Shown here piece after piece: positions 18,319 through 27,545 of a stretch of 64,000 nucleotides of DNA. The notes under the pieces are model-generated. The model saw nothing but the letters and a program-made list of their open reading frames with translations. It had not been told where the DNA came from and made no database searches. The DNA comes from Escherichia phage ESCO5: sequence record NC_047776.2, one strand, 5' to 3'. A program made the translations under genes and the position numbers. Position 1 is the stretch's first letter. Every line of letters begins with the position of its first letter.

Positions 18319-18803
18319 TCTTCCTCCTCATAATCATCATAATCTTCGTCATCCAAATCGTACACCTCGTCTTGAGAATAACTCACTTCAAAGTAAATAT
18401 CAAACTCTGCAAACAAACGTAGAATGTTGGACATGCTGTAATAGTTATCATAAGCTTCCTCTGCTTCATAGTAGAGGCGTAGCAAACGTTCAGCTTCTTC
18501 ATCTTCTACCCATTTATGATCGACATAGACAGAAGCAGCGTAGGTATTGTAGGCTTGTTCCCGACTATCGACAAGATTTCGGCTCAACAGTTCAGGGAAG
18601 TCCTTATAATTTACATTCAGTCTTCCGCATAACCACAAAGCAATATCATGCCAATCTGCATCCATACCACTAAAGCAACTTGCTTCTTCTCCAAAAGAAG
18701 CTTCTCCTAAATCGCCACTAATACGAACAACATTAGATGAATTATAGCCACACGTTTCACAATCAGAGTAACTATTATGCACATTGATATTTACTTGAAA
18801 CAT
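18303..18803 (-). CDS. Hypothetical protein with strongly acidic C-terminus
   Basis: ORF overlapping the Sir2-like gene by 16 nt; C-terminal D/E-rich tail. Confidence 0.45.
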   Translation of the reverse strand: MFQVNINVHNSYSDCETCGYNSSNVVRISGDLGEASFGEEASCFSGMDADWHDIALWLCGRLNVNYKDFPELLSRNLVDSREQAYNTYAASVYVDHKWVEDEEAERLLRLYYEAEEAYDNYYSMSNILRLFAEFDIYFEVSYSQDEVYDLDDEDYDDYEEEECQDD

Positions 18804-18861
18804 ATTCCCTCCTATAAAAGAAAAGCCCCCTGAAACAGGAGGCTTTGTTCAGATGTTGGCA

Positions 18862-19479
18862 CTATACCAGACTTTGTAGGTATTTGTCAAGGGCTTCTTG
18901 ATCACCTTGACAAACATAGCAACGGAAGTCTTGAGCAGAAGGTTCTTTGTCCTCGTCCCAATCCCAATAAACAGTACCTTTATAACGTGAGCCTGGGAAC
19001 TCGAAATATGCTGTATGAGTAATATGATGTGGGCCACCCCAAAACTGTGTAAAAGTAAATTGAGGATACGCTGCTTTAACTGTATTCTCAAACCAAGTTT
19101 TACGATCTAATGCTTCGTTTATAAAATAAGCATGGCGTTCCATTTCATCCCAGTCTTTCCAAACGCATTTTTCATCCAGAGAAAAAACAAAATCTTCACT
19201 GTTGAATTCATCTGTATCTTCCAAAATATCATAATCATGTGCACTAGGTATCCACCATCCAGCTTCTAATAGTGCTTTCACGGGTACAAAACCTTTTTCA
19301 GCATATTGATCAAATTCTTTTACTCTACGTACAGTGCAGTATTCATCTTCACCACCAATGTCCAGTAGACAAGCACCTTTGCGTCTTGCTGCAAGACCAT
19401 GTGTATCAAAAACTACAACACTACCTTCACCATCATTACGATCTACTTGATAAGCAACTACTGGTTTTGAATTTGACAT
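18862..19479 (-). CDS. Hypothetical protein
   Basis: 205-aa ORF. Confidence 0.5.
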   Translation of the reverse strand: MSNSKPVVAYQVDRNDGEGSVVVFDTHGLAARRKGACLLDIGGEDEYCTVRRVKEFDQYAEKGFVPVKALLEAGWWIPSAHDYDILEDTDEFNSEDFVFSLDEKCVWKDWDEMERHAYFINEALDRKTWFENTVKAAYPQFTFTQFWGGPHHITHTAYFEFPGSRYKGTVYWDWDEDKEPSAQDFRCYVCQGDQEALDKYLQSLV

Positions 19480-20162
19480 TATTTCTCCTTATCTAGAAGA
19501 TTGTTAGACAAAAACACTGCACGAGCAAAACCACGTGCGGTTAGTGATCTAAGTTGTTTTGTTTTTGCACTAGCTCCGCCTAAGCTTTTCCAACCCCAGA
19601 AGCAGCCTATATGATCTACTGGTTTCTTCACTGGTTGAACAAAGCCATTCCCGTGCCAAATACAAGTTTTCTTTGTATACCCATCACGGGTAGGCATTTT
19701 AGGATGAAAGCTTCCTTCTTCTTCAAACAAATACCCACCATACTCATAAGGATCAAAGTAAAAATCGGGTTTACGCCATAAGGTTGAAAGTTTACCTACT
19801 GGGTTCTCAATCATCCAAGGAACATTGTATTTGTTACCCAAAGCTTCCACTACACGAATATTAGCTAAAGCCTCATCTAATTCCTCTGTGCTGCGTTCGT
19901 GTTTGCTACCACTACCTGCTAACATAGTGCAAGGTGGAAATCCAAAAATAATATCGGGTTTAGGTATTCCATGATCTTCAGGGTTGAATGTAGAATCTAT
20001 CCAAGCATTCACATAGGTTATGTTTGGGTGCTCCATCCTAACCTCGTATTTACCGTGGTCCCCTTCATCAGCGTTTACACAAAAACACTTGTGACCTGCT
20101 TCGGCATAACGTAACACCATGATCCCAGATCCGTCAAACATAGACAAAACTGTTTTACTCAT
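19479..20162 (-). CDS. Cytosine-C5 methyltransferase-like protein (short)
   Basis: FDGSG (motif I-like), FPPCT (PC motif IV-like) and ENPVG (ENV-like); start taken at ATG 20162 after GGAGG. Confidence 0.45.
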   Translation of the reverse strand: MSKTVLSMFDGSGIMVLRYAEAGHKCFCVNADEGDHGKYEVRMEHPNITYVNAWIDSTFNPEDHGIPKPDIIFGFPPCTMLAGSGSKHERSTEELDEALANIRVVEALGNKYNVPWMIENPVGKLSTLWRKPDFYFDPYEYGGYLFEEEGSFHPKMPTRDGYTKKTCIWHGNGFVQPVKKPVDHIGCFWGWKSLGGASAKTKQLRSLTARGFARAVFLSNNLLDKEK

Positions 20163-20568
20163 TACCCCTCCATTCAAGACAAGCCATAACTTTACGCCAA
20201 TCACTTTCTGTAAGAAAAATCTCGTTTGCTTTCTTCCACAAATCTAGATCGTGAAGGGTTGGAATACGATATGTTAGTTCACAGAATCTATGTTCTTCTT
20301 CTGTAATATAACCAAAATGCAAAGCCACATCGTGAAACCAACACCAACCATGCATCTCTCGAACAACATGATCATGTTGAGACATTATTTTATGCCGTAA
20401 ACCTAACCAACAAGGAACAGATACTTTAGTAGTCTTTAATCTGTGATCAACAGTATTAGAGTATTCAATAATAGCTGTCAATTTCAATCGTGCTTTTTCT
20501 AAATCCTCATGCGTCACTTTGAAATAACTTTCTGAAAGATATCCACACATATTAATAACCTCCTTCAA
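20155..20568 (-). CDS. Hypothetical protein
   Basis: 137-aa ORF. Confidence 0.45.
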   Translation of the reverse strand: MKEVINMCGYLSESYFKVTHEDLEKARLKLTAIIEYSNTVDHRLKTTKVSVPCWLGLRHKIMSQHDHVVREMHGWCWFHDVALHFGYITEEEHRFCELTYRIPTLHDLDLWKKANEIFLTESDWRKVMACLEWRGNE

Positions 20569-21493
20569 AAGGCTTAACTACATGTTGATTAGCTTTAAAA
20601 CGTTCAACATAGTCGTTTTCACCCATGTTTTCATATAGCTTAATAACAACATAAAAGTTTTCCCAAGCATATTCCCTAAACCAACCACTAGTGATGGATG
20701 TGCAGACTTTAGATAAAGCCATTATAAAACTTTGCTTAGGGGTTGGACCTCCGATCTCTCCACCGAAAGGAATTTGTGAACGTTCCAAAGCCAAAACACA
20801 CGCTTCTTCATAAACACCTAACAGGCGCACATGTTTTGGTTGAGCAAAAAACTTTTCTTTGCTGGTCATAACTTCACTTCCATCTTTCATATAAGATTTA
20901 TATGCTGGAGCATCCATTACTGCGATTGCTTCATGAATAGAGTCATGATCATAAACATACGGAACCTCATCACCTTTAAAGAAATCTTTACTTCTCACGT
21001 TTAAGTTTGGATGAGAGTAAGTGTATGTTTCTTTCTCACGCAACTCATAAACACTCTTAAAATTTTCTGGGATCTTTGCGCCTAGTGATCGCATGAAATG
21101 AATATCTTTCATAGTTTTAAAGAAGTGAGGACTATCCTTTTTAAAACGATGACTCATTTTAAGAAGGTAGAGCACATCTAAAGGAGCAACAACGTGTCCA
21201 GCGTAAGTTCGACGAATATCATCAGAGTCTTCACAATAACTAATCAAAGCTTCTGTGCTATCTCCTTGAGAAGCAATATCGTATTCCAAATGTGCACCAG
21301 CTATCATTTTGACATGGCCCTTGTTCCCTTTACGCTCTACAAGTTCAACAAACTCATCTTGAGAGAACATTTTTGATAATTTTTCCCATTCTTGTTCTGT
21401 ACAGAGGTAATCTAAATCTACACAAGGGCGATACAAGTCTTTTCCCATATCCATAGCATGAATTTGTAATGCACGGCTACCGATTAACACCAT
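20552..21493 (-). CDS. Hypothetical protein (313 aa)
   Basis: ORF; weak GS...DLD pattern only, no confident family assignment. Confidence 0.5.
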   Translation of the reverse strand: MVLIGSRALQIHAMDMGKDLYRPCVDLDYLCTEQEWEKLSKMFSQDEFVELVERKGNKGHVKMIAGAHLEYDIASQGDSTEALISYCEDSDDIRRTYAGHVVAPLDVLYLLKMSHRFKKDSPHFFKTMKDIHFMRSLGAKIPENFKSVYELREKETYTYSHPNLNVRSKDFFKGDEVPYVYDHDSIHEAIAVMDAPAYKSYMKDGSEVMTSKEKFFAQPKHVRLLGVYEEACVLALERSQIPFGGEIGGPTPKQSFIMALSKVCTSITSGWFREYAWENFYVVIKLYENMGENDYVERFKANQHVVKPFEGGY

Positions 21494-21551
21494 AATATTT
21501 CTCCTCTATTGGTTGATAGGTTAAGTTTATCAAGCTTCCAGATTTCTGTCA

Positions 21552-21578
21552 ATAAAAAACCCGCCGAAGCGGGTTATT
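21552..21578 (-). terminator. Rho-independent terminator (CCCGC-UUCG-GCGGG followed by U-run on the minus strand)
   Basis: Hairpin and T-run read from the sequence. Confidence 0.6.
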
Positions 21579-21583
21579 ATTTA

Positions 21584-21856
21584 CTAACACATTGAGGAAG
21601 AAGAGATCCAAACACCTCTTGTGGTTAAACCATTTTCATCCAACTCTACACCATAATCTTCACAAATAAAATCAATATAGTGATCTGCGGCTGGCGTTCC
21701 TGTAGGGTAATAAGTTTCTCCGTTACCGTAGTCACCTATCCAAGCTTGTTCCTGAAACTGTTCACAAAGTTCTTCAATTTCCTTACGAAACTTTCTTTGT
21801 GCTTGTTCCATCTCTTTAACTTTCTTTTTTATCAGTAGTTCGCCTTCAGACTCCAC
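21584..21856 (-). CDS. Small acidic protein; paralog A of a three-copy family
   Basis: Shares a C-terminal GVW(I/H)SS..C end and FICEDY/AICFEDW motif with the ORFs at 21866 and 22365. Confidence 0.5.
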   Translation of the reverse strand: MESEGELLIKKKVKEMEQAQRKFRKEIEELCEQFQEQAWIGDYGNGETYYPTGTPAADHYIDFICEDYGVELDENGLTTRGVWISSSSMC

Positions 21857-21865
21857 AATCTCTCC

Positions 21866-22084
21866 TTAACAGCCACTACTGTGCCAAACGCCTTGAGAAT
21901 TAACGACGAAACCCTCATCACCTTCACCATAACAAGAAGAGGATTGCCAATCTTCAAAACAGATTGCGTCATCTTCTAAACTAAGACCAAAACCAGCATC
22001 TTCAGCTTCTTTTGTAAGTTCGTCCACTAAAGCCATAATAGCTTGGGCTTTTTCAGTTAATTCTTCAACATTACGATAACTCAT
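21866..22084 (-). CDS. Small acidic protein; paralog B
   Basis: Start at ATG 22084 (TAATG overlap with upstream stop, SD GGAG); ends ...QGVWHSSGC. Confidence 0.5.
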   Translation of the reverse strand: MSYRNVEELTEKAQAIMALVDELTKEAEDAGFGLSLEDDAICFEDWQSSSCYGEGDEGFVVNSQGVWHSSGC

Positions 22085-22392
22085 TAGTATTTCTCCTCTG
22101 GTTGGAAAACGGAACGACAGGCCCACATAGAAGATTCTTTCAACTTAGTCTTTGCTATTGAAATTTGGTCAAGGCGGGTGGATATATTGGTAGACTCTTC
22201 CAAATCTTCACAATCATCCAGTTCAGTCCACAATTCAGACATTAGAGCATCAAAGATTAAGCCTAATCGAACTTCAGCATCTTTAATAGCATTCACTTTA
22301 CCAATTTTGTCATCGGTATGCGCCTTATAACCTTTGATATCTTCGATTCCCACTTTACCTCCTATTAACAACTTAAAGAAGATGGATGCCAA
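22084..22392 (-). CDS. Hypothetical protein (start uncertain)
   Basis: ORF between paralogs B and C; track start is TTG. Confidence 0.35.
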   Translation of the reverse strand: MASIFFKLLIGGKVGIEDIKGYKAHTDDKIGKVNAIKDAEVRLGLIFDALMSELWTELDDCEDLEESTNISTRLDQISIAKTKLKESSMWACRSVFQPEEKY

Positions 22393-22562
22393 TTTGTCCC
22401 AGTGTTTTCATTTTCATCTTCTGGATCATAATAACCACCCATCCCATATTCAGGGGAGAAACGGAAACCTTCTCCAGTCTCGTCTGCTAACTGCTCTGCT
22501 TCCGCTAAAGCATCATAAGCTGCTTTTACGGCTTCTTCTACTGTTTTAAACTTGGTCGTCAT
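22365..22562 (-). CDS. Small acidic protein; paralog C
   Basis: Strong SD AGGAGAGGAG; ends ...TNWHPSSLSC. Confidence 0.5.
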   Translation of the reverse strand: MTTKFKTVEEAVKAAYDALAEAEQLADETGEGFRFSPEYGMGGYYDPEDENENTGTNWHPSSLSC

Positions 22563-22836
22563 AAAATTTCTCCTCTCCTAAAGACATGGTGACATGAAAT
22601 GCACGATATGTAAATTCGTTGTCCGTTGTGTTTGAATAAAACTCAAATTGAACAACACCGTCTTGAGAAGACAAATACATGCCAATTTGAACTGTACCTT
22701 CTGGTACCAAGTAAGCATACTCTGGGCGTAGTGTTACATTGTAAAAATAAAGTTCCCCAACACCCATTTCATCCCAAGCTTCCCAAGCGGTAACGAAGTT
22801 ACTTTCAAAACTTGTTACTGATCCGAACTCTGCCAT
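22546..22836 (-). CDS. Hypothetical protein
   Basis: ORF with SD GAGGAGG upstream. Confidence 0.5.
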   Translation of the reverse strand: MAEFGSVTSFESNFVTAWEAWDEMGVGELYFYNVTLRPEYAYLVPEGTVQIGMYLSSQDGVVQFEFYSNTTDNEFTYRAFHVTMSLGEEKFYDDQV

Positions 22837-23327
22837 AAAACCTCCTCAATCTTGTAGTTTGACTCCATCTCCAACACATTTCCACGAACGTCTCTCCGAA
22901 GAAAGGCATAAGCTTTATTAGGTATTGTAGACTCATATTTAACCATATCTGGCACAGCAAAAGATACTACTACTCCTGCTGGGCTTCTGTCAAGAGCCTT
23001 ATTAATATTTCTAAGGATATCGTTAGCCAAGATTTCTGCCAATTCTCCAAGAACGGTTTCGGTTATATCTTTATATCCCATTAAGTATTTGTTGATATCT
23101 TTCATCTCTGTATTGTTCAGAGTATAATCCAAAGGATAGAAATTCAAAGCGGAGTCACTTTTATGTGTCCACATGAAATGCACCCGATCCGAGCAGAATC
23201 GTAACCCTCTTTGAAGAATATCTTCTACAACAGGCAGAATTTCTTTTGTCACATCATTAACCATGTTGTAATCTAAGATTTCTGCCAAGTTTGTTCTTTG
23301 TTCACCACGTTTACGTTTAGGAATCAC
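22815..23327 (-). CDS. Hypothetical protein
   Basis: 170-aa ORF. Confidence 0.5.
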   Translation of the reverse strand: MIPKRKRGEQRTNLAEILDYNMVNDVTKEILPVVEDILQRGLRFCSDRVHFMWTHKSDSALNFYPLDYTLNNTEMKDINKYLMGYKDITETVLGELAEILANDILRNINKALDRSPAGVVVSFAVPDMVKYESTIPNKAYAFLRRDVRGNVLEMESNYKIEEVLWQSSDQ

Positions 23328-23898
23328 TTGTTATTGCCCTCATTACCAAAGGTCGTAGAAAATCGTAAATCTCTTGTTTTGTTTTCCCACGAATGTTTAA
23401 ACAAGGAACATTATTGGCTTTAGCTATCTTCCAAGCCGTAGCTGTTCCACCTTTTGCATCTCCATGTTTATCAGTATTAGCACAAGCCAACAAGAAACAT
23501 GATGGAGCAGGATTCTCCAAATCTCTACCTAACACTTGATGCACATTACGTTGGTGCAATTTTCTAGCACCCTGCTTAAGCTTTTCATAGGCTGGGTGAA
23601 CATCTTTGATCCATTGCACAGAGATAGCATAGTTCATTGTATCTGGTTTTGCAAGAACAATAACATCCCCTGGAATCTGATTACCTTTGAAATTTTCCCA
23701 AGGAACATAAATCTCCTTGTTAGTAGGATTTTCAGACTCTTGGACACCTGTTTCAAAAGCAGAATCACTACCCTCTGCCTTCCCAGACCTTAATTTAAAC
23801 CCAAGGTTTGAAAGCCATTTCCCTATGGCTACCATCAAAGCCCACTCTTCTTCGGATATGTCTCTACTTCCAACTCCCGTATAGAACAGTTCTGCCAT
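23317..23898 (-). CDS. DprA/SLOG-like Rossmann-fold protein
   Basis: TGVGSR ... RSGKAEGSDSAFETG pattern resembling the DprA/Smf nucleotide-binding core; start at ATG 23898 after GAGGTGA. Confidence 0.4.
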   Translation of the reverse strand: MAELFYTGVGSRDISEEEWALMVAIGKWLSNLGFKLRSGKAEGSDSAFETGVQESENPTNKEIYVPWENFKGNQIPGDVIVLAKPDTMNYAISVQWIKDVHPAYEKLKQGARKLHQRNVHQVLGRDLENPAPSCFLLACANTDKHGDAKGGTATAWKIAKANNVPCLNIRGKTKQEIYDFLRPLVMRAITSDS

Positions 23899-23905
23899 AA
23901 TCACC

Positions 23906-24214
23906 TCAACAAGTAATTTCAAAAGGTGTATACGGTTCCGTATTTCTCATGATCCAAGGACTGCTAGGATTGCTCGGATCATAAGGACCAAAAGGTTTTA
24001 TGGTCGGTTGTGTTTCTTTCTTCTGAATCTCTTCAAAAATACGACGAAGTTCAGAATATTCTTGATCCACCATAAGATTCGGTGCATCTGATTCTACAGC
24101 TTGCAGGTTATCTTCCTTAAGAACAATCTCACGAACAAGATTAACATCTTCTGTTTCTAAGATAACTTCTTTACGGATATTACCTACACTTTGAATAATT
24201 GTAATCTTATACAT
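23906..24214 (-). CDS. Hypothetical protein
   Basis: 102-aa ORF. Confidence 0.45.
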   Translation of the reverse strand: MYKITIIQSVGNIRKEVILETEDVNLVREIVLKEDNLQAVESDAPNLMVDQEYSELRRIFEEIQKKETQPTIKPFGPYDPSNPSSPWIMRNTEPYTPFEITC

Positions 24215-24957
24215 TAATCCTCCTCAAGAGTTGAATAAAATTGAAGACCACCGTCCATATCGAAATAAGCAAATGTTAAGTTATTATTGAACACAGATCC
24301 AGTATCCATATAAACACGATTCGCATTGATAATAGGTGTTTTTACATAAGAGTGTCCATGAAACACATAATCCACACCCATCACAACAGGAAGTTTCATT
24401 CCCTCTTTAGCACAGTCTACCATATCTCTGTCCCACATAAGTGCTTCAGCAAAACGGTTTTCCTGTGTTTTTGTCATCTTCGAAATGTATTCTGGAATAT
24501 CTGTTACAGGGAGATATTCCAAAGAAGATGGATACCCACCATGAATAAACGCAAGTTTCATGCCTCTGTAGTTAACAATGAGAACAACAGGTAAATCTTC
24601 TGTCATCATTGCTAAGGCTGTAGCTCCTTCTTCACCACATTCTTCAAAGACCGTATATCCTCCATTTTGATACCAACACTCGTAGTAGCTACGATCTCCT
24701 TCCAGCATACCTTTAATCATCATGTCTTCATGATTGCCACGAATAGCGTAGCGATTGTGTTTACGAGTAAATTCTAAAACACAACGAAAGTTTTGCTTTC
24801 CACGGTCAGTAAGATCTCCTAGAGATACAACCACATCTGTATCTCGGATACCTAACTTTGCCTTTCCTTTTTCATACAAATTATAACAACCGTGTAGATC
24901 TCCAATTATAAAAAGATCTTGATCGCTTTTAACAGTAATTTCTCTGTGTATGATCAC
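24214..24957 (-). CDS. Metallophosphoesterase (Ser/Thr protein phosphatase family)
   Basis: GDLHGCY and GNHE motifs of calcineurin-like phosphoesterases. Confidence 0.7.
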   Translation of the reverse strand: MIIHREITVKSDQDLFIIGDLHGCYNLYEKGKAKLGIRDTDVVVSLGDLTDRGKQNFRCVLEFTRKHNRYAIRGNHEDMMIKGMLEGDRSYYECWYQNGGYTVFEECGEEGATALAMMTEDLPVVLIVNYRGMKLAFIHGGYPSSLEYLPVTDIPEYISKMTKTQENRFAEALMWDRDMVDCAKEGMKLPVVMGVDYVFHGHSYVKTPIINANRVYMDTGSVFNNNLTFAYFDMDGGLQFYSTLEED

Positions 24958-25283
24958 TTATCCTCCTCAAAATCTAAGAAAATAAAAATATTCACCTTTC
25001 CTTCAATCTCTTGTTCTAAAACAAGATCGGCAAATTCTGCATAAGCTTTCTCTTCAACTTTTTCAATATGTTCTGCGGCATCTTTAAAAGGTGTATCCCC
25101 ATCCACCTTTACTAATAAGAAAAGAGATCGCATTTCGACGCTTTTACTGTTACGAGGAAGGAAATCTACAGCTTCAACAATTCTCCAACCCAAATAGCCA
25201 GGGGTTTTATGAATCTCCCCTAAATACTTTTCTAAGATTTTACGACCCTCGTCGATAAGGGCTTGTTCTGTAGTAATTTCCAT
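24954..25283 (-). CDS. Hypothetical protein
   Basis: 109-aa ORF. Confidence 0.45.
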   Translation of the reverse strand: MEITTEQALIDEGRKILEKYLGEIHKTPGYLGWRIVEAVDFLPRNSKSVEMRSLFLLVKVDGDTPFKDAAEHIEKVEEKAYAEFADLVLEQEIEGKVNIFIFLDFEEDK

Positions 25284-25293
25284 TCCTTCCTCC

Positions 25294-25884
25294 TCAAATT
25301 ATTAACGAAACCGCATGACTAAATCTTGGTTCAGATATAACCTCTGCTACAGTCACATATGTATCGTGCAGCCAAAAAGATTCTACTCTACAAACACAAA
25401 TACCGTTGATAATGAAATCTACACAGGATTTATTATTTTCGCACACCTGTTGACTATAAACAACCCCTAAAGAGTCATAAAGTGATCTCACTGTTGCTAC
25501 CATTTCATCTGTTTCGTCTTCCTGTGAAACAAAGAAAACGAATACAGACAAGTTATTAGCGAAAGTATTGCTATTCTCTACTTCAACCGACTTACAAGGT
25601 AAAAAGGAGTAATATTTACCATTAGGTATCAATTTCGCCTCAACCTGGTTAAGTATGCTTTGAGATGGTTTTGTTACATAAAAAAGATTTTCTGTTGGGT
25701 TTTCAACATTACTCCTTACTATGCAACGAGTGGGGTTCGAAGGATCAAAAACATGATCGAAATCGACACACACAGGTAAGTTAACAACTTTAAACTTTTT
25801 GCTAAGAATGCTTACTGCTGTAAAAATCAAACCAGCATTTATTTTGCCAGTGAAAGTTGAACGCATAACTACTCCTCGGATCAT
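25294..25884 (-). CDS. Hypothetical protein
   Basis: 196-aa ORF. Confidence 0.45.
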   Translation of the reverse strand: MIRGVVMRSTFTGKINAGLIFTAVSILSKKFKVVNLPVCVDFDHVFDPSNPTRCIVRSNVENPTENLFYVTKPSQSILNQVEAKLIPNGKYYSFLPCKSVEVENSNTFANNLSVFVFFVSQEDETDEMVATVRSLYDSLGVVYSQQVCENNKSCVDFIINGICVCRVESFWLHDTYVTVAEVISEPRFSHAVSLII

Positions 25885-26075
25885 TCTACCAAAGAGAATT
25901 CCGCCTCTTCCAGGTAGATTACAGACCTTGTTGCATGATATTTAACGCTCCAGAAATTACCTTCGCGCCGTAAAAGTATCTCATTCACATCAAGATTGCT
26001 TAGAAAAACCATATAACTTAAAGCTTGTTGACGCGTTGAGAATTGTTTCTCTAAAAGTTCTTCTCCGCTCTGCAT
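25881..26075 (-). CDS. Hypothetical protein
   Basis: 64-aa ORF. Confidence 0.35.
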   Translation of the reverse strand: MQSGEELLEKQFSTRQQALSYMVFLSNLDVNEILLRREGNFWSVKYHATRSVIYLEEAEFSLVE

Positions 26076-26120
26076 AATCCCTCCTTAAAATACTCCCTCC
26101 GAAAAGGGAGTATAAGTATA

Positions 26121-26324
26121 TCACGTAGTTGTTATGTTGTCTTCTTGGATACTAGAATCCACTTCTGCAAACATATCTTCTGCACTGTAATTATTTCCAG
26201 TCCAGCGTGATAAAAGGATAGCACCAATCTCTTTTGCATGAGATTCGGACTCTGCATAAACGTTAGTCCCAGTGTCACCTTTTTTCTTTTCATGTGCATA
26301 AATGCAGTAATAATTGTAAGCCAT
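26121..26324 (-). CDS. Hypothetical protein
   Basis: 67-aa ORF. Confidence 0.4.
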   Translation of the reverse strand: MAYNYYCIYAHEKKKGDTGTNVYAESESHAKEIGAILLSRWTGNNYSAEDMFAEVDSSIQEDNITTT

Positions 26325-26560
26325 TAATCTTCCCAGTCATTGCCCTCGGTAGAGTGAACTAAAGCTCGCACGATACCACCGTAATCTACTGCCTGATTTG
26401 CAGCATGTTCGGCATAAACTTCAATGGCTTTTTTGAAGAAAAGAGCAGTAGCTGCTTCAATATTATCCATTTCGCCATCTACATCAGTAGAAAGTGAAAG
26501 GTTGAGGCTTTCATCTACTTCATCAAAATCAATAGCCACTGTCATAATTAGTTTACCCAT
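26324..26560 (-). CDS. Hypothetical acidic protein
   Basis: 78-aa ORF. Confidence 0.4.
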   Translation of the reverse strand: MGKLIMTVAIDFDEVDESLNLSLSTDVDGEMDNIEAATALFFKKAIEVYAEHAANQAVDYGGIVRALVHSTEGNDWED

Positions 26561-26572
26561 AGTTCACACTCC

Positions 26573-27082
26573 TTAAACAAAATAAAATGGTTGAGAGAGG
26601 CCCAAACGATTCTTTGGGTCGTATACATACCAAGCGTATGCTGTCTTATCTGTTCCACCTGCAACAAACGAAGGCCGTTCTGAAAGGACTATAAGGTTTG
26701 TTGGTGGATTCTTTTGATGGAACTCTCGTCGTTTCTTTGACTCCAAGAAGCCCAACCGAAGAAGATAAATACAAACATCCGCCTCTTTTAAGCTCTTTTC
26801 CAAGAACTCCATTGCTAACTTAAATGGAGGATTTGTGATTATAATGTCGGGACGATTTTCCCATTCATGACTAAAATAATCTTTACCTTCTTCAAGTTCG
26901 CAATATTCTGAACCTTCAGGAAAATGGCGATAAATCGCTTCAGCTTCACCTCTGCAAGGTTCTGCAAAAACCCAACCTTCTTCCTTTAGATTTTTGAAAT
27001 CTATAACACTAAACAAACTATTGATTGCTTTTTGCGGTGTCGGATAATAATCGCTCGTTGGGCGATCATAATCTAATGCCAT
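26573..27082 (-). CDS. Small N6-adenine DNA methyltransferase-like protein (phage Dam type)
   Basis: IITNPPF catalytic motif (D/N-PP-F/Y) and size typical of small phage adenine methyltransferases. Confidence 0.55.
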   Translation of the reverse strand: MALDYDRPTSDYYPTPQKAINSLFSVIDFKNLKEEGWVFAEPCRGEAEAIYRHFPEGSEYCELEEGKDYFSHEWENRPDIIITNPPFKLAMEFLEKSLKEADVCIYLLRLGFLESKKRREFHQKNPPTNLIVLSERPSFVAGGTDKTAYAWYVYDPKNRLGLSQPFYFV

Positions 27083-27500
27083 CTAAAATCTCCTCTTTTG
27101 TAATATTATCCAACTCTTTAAAGGATGAAATCTCGTTTAATAATCCTATTTGATCAGCCTCTAGAGGATAAGTGTTTTTATCTGTTTTTCTAGACAGAAT
27201 ATCTTCAACAAACTTATCAATAGCCAAAGAAGAATCATAAAATTTTAAAAGTTGGTAATCCATAGGAGATATTTTGTCATCTCTTAGAAATATTTCTAAC
27301 ATGTTTTCAGGAGTATCGTGGTTTAGTTTATGTTCACCAAAAATATTAACTTCGTAAACATCTTTGCCAAACCAACGTTTCTTCTTTTCAACAGTATAGG
27401 TTTTTGCCACCAGACCATCTAAACAGTTTCTTGCCCTCTTACATGTTTGACGGTAAGAGTGGATAGCGCCTTCAACAAACTTAGCAGGAACTTGTAACAT
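27066..27500 (-). CDS. Hypothetical protein
   Basis: 144-aa ORF. Confidence 0.45.
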   Translation of the reverse strand: MLQVPAKFVEGAIHSYRQTCKRARNCLDGLVAKTYTVEKKKRWFGKDVYEVNIFGEHKLNHDTPENMLEIFLRDDKISPMDYQLLKFYDSSLAIDKFVEDILSRKTDKNTYPLEADQIGLLNEISSFKELDNITKEEILDGIRL

Positions 27501-27524
27501 TATTAATCTCCTATGTTTAAGAAA

Positions 27525-27541
27525 TGCCCCCGAAGGGGCAG
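27525..27541 (-). terminator. GCCCC-UUCG-GGGGC hairpin followed by U-rich tract on the minus strand
   Basis: Hairpin read from the sequence between two minus-strand genes. Confidence 0.5.
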
Positions 27542-27545
27542 TTTG

